Below are positions 18,665 to 20,000 of a DNA stretch of 20,000 nt, piece by piece. The position numbers were made by a program, and so were the translations under genes. Source of the stretch: Thraustochytrium aureum (taxonomy: Eukaryota); assembly GCA_012862495.1 (NCBI GenBank), contig BLSG01000132.1, forward strand, positions 53,448 to 73,447, read 5' to 3'. The notes under the pieces were generated by a model. That model was not told the DNA's origin and searched no databases. It saw nothing but the letters and a program-made list of their open reading frames with translations. How positions within the stretch are numbered: position 1 is the stretch's first letter; each line of letters starts with the position of its first letter.

Positions 18665-19320
18665 TTTTTCCGGGCGCAGCGTGTTGTCCGTCACATCTGC
18701 GAGCCCTCAAAGGGCCGCTCAATCCCGACGGACGGGCCGCCGCCCCTCCGCAGCCGGCCCGCGCCCTCGCCTCGCCACGCAAGCGCTCGCCGACGGCTCC
18801 CGGCAAGCAGTCTCGGCCTGAGTGCGCCTTCCGACGCGCGGCTCGCGGCACCGTCCGGCAGGCGGTCAGAGGCCCTTGCTCGCCAGCCGCCCTCGATGCT
18901 CGCCCTGCCAAGCGTCGATCCGTTCGGAGTTTACCTACCGGCCAGGCGCTGGGCTCGCCTGTGCTGGGCAGCCCACCGCCGGGCGCGCAAGTGCTGGACA
19001 GAAATCTCGACCAGAAATCGACGACGTGACGTTCCAGCGTCGCTGATGGGTTTGCGCATGCAGCGGGGCAGCCAAGTGCGCACGTGCAGCGCGCCGGGGA
19101 TATCGGAGGAGCTATGCTGCCCATCGGCGCCTGCGCCGTCATTTCCTGAACTGATTCTGAATTCTGACATTTCGTCTGTTTTTCCTGATGGTCGCGGAAT
19201 TCTGCGCGGGGGCAAAGATTGGCGAGACTTCATTCATTTGAGTCAGTTCAGCCGCTGACGGTTGCGGGGCCGACTCGGCGATGACGGGGACCGATCGATT
19301 GATCGGGAGAGGGTCCGGTG

Positions 19321-19348
19321 GTTGTTGTTTGTTGTTGTTGTTGTTTGT
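19321..19348. repeat. Imperfect (GTT)n microsatellite
   Basis: gttgttgtttgttgttgttgttgtttgt, downstream of the minus-strand gene ending at 19387. Confidence 0.8.
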
Positions 19349-19386
19349 AGAATAGATTATGGCCAAGTACTCGAGTACGGGGCGAG

Positions 19387-20000
19387 CTATTGTGGCATGA
19401 GGGAGGCGAGGTATCGCTTGGCCTCTTCGCTCGCTGTCCGCATGCCGCGCAGCGCCGCGAGCTTGCCCTGCTTGGCCTCCAGGCGCTTGCTCGCACGCAG
19501 CTTGCGCATTTGAAGCGCCGCGAGGTCGGTACGCCGCGCCTGGATCTTGCGGGTCAGGATGCGCGACTCGCGAAACTTGGATGTGTATCGCTCAGACAGG
19601 ACGCTGTACAGCTCGAACTCAGCGTGCACCTCGTCTGCGAAGGCCTGCATAAAACAGCAAAGTTGCCTCGCCCCTTTTGCTCGAGCTCCTGCGCGACCTC
19701 TTCAGCTGCATCGTCAACGACGCTCTGGATTATGTCGAGAGACGTGGTCTTGATGTGCCTCTTTTCGCGCGCAAGTCCAGCGCTCGAGCTTCGCGGAGCG
19801 GCCGCGGGCCGCCGCATCTCCGGCTCAGAGTCGCTTGAGTCGCTTGTTGCGGCGCGGGCAGGCCTTGCGCTCTTCGCCTCCCGGACCACCCGCCGTTTGC
19901 TGCTGCCGTTGGCGCTCGAGTCCTTGCGCGGACGCTTGCCGGCGGCGTTTCCGCGCCGAGCGTCCTTAAAGGCGTCCTCCAGTCCTCCTCGGTGCTGTTC
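19387..20000 (-). CDS. Coiled-coil protein resembling kinetochore CENP-U/Ame1; 5'-truncated, one frameshift
   Basis: Frame is open from 20000 through a basic/Ser-rich region to TTSLDIIQSVVDDAAEEVAQELEQKGRGNFAV. After a shift at the run 19651-19654 it continues MQAFADEVHAEFELYSVLSERYTSKFRESRILTRKIQARRTDLAALQMRKLRASKRLEAKQGKLAALRGMRTASEEAKRYLASL. Coding status is more certain than the identity. Confidence 0.65.

Noticed and set aside
18700..19380. ORFs between the AAA_26 and CENP-U-like genes
   Set aside because: Arg/Pro/Ala-rich translations with no recognisable domain; consistent with GC-rich intergenic DNA.
19645..19697. 53-nt intron (GTCGCG...TGCAG, minus strand) explaining the CENP-U-like frame change
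   Set aside because: The donor is weak, and removal deletes a helical segment whose length fits the CENP-U spacing; a one-base indel is simpler, though splicing is not excluded.

Overview
GC-rich, gene-dense eukaryotic scaffold. It carries eL38/RPL38, RPF2 and short GT-AG introns with CTGAC branch points; the gene content suggests a stramenopile-like protist (inference). There are five N gaps and several single-base indels, mostly in homopolymer runs. Genes in order: a 5'-truncated ankyrin-repeat/double-BTB protein, a coiled-coil + DGQHR (DndB/ParB-like) protein, ribokinase, a signal peptide-C2-stanniocalcin-like-TM protein, a PX + permuted NlpC/P60 hydrolase, RPL38, RPF2, a doubtful hypothetical ORF, a spliced SANT-domain protein, a stand-alone Pta-N/BioD-like (AAA_26) protein, and the 3' part of a CENP-U/Ame1-like coiled-coil gene. 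No RNA genes, CRISPR arrays or mobile elements were recognised. The most notable items are the C2-stanniocalcin-like surface protein, the eukaryotic DGQHR protein, the CENP-U-like gene hidden by a frameshift, and the PX-NlpC/P60 fusion. All family calls come from motif recognition by eye; no searches were run.
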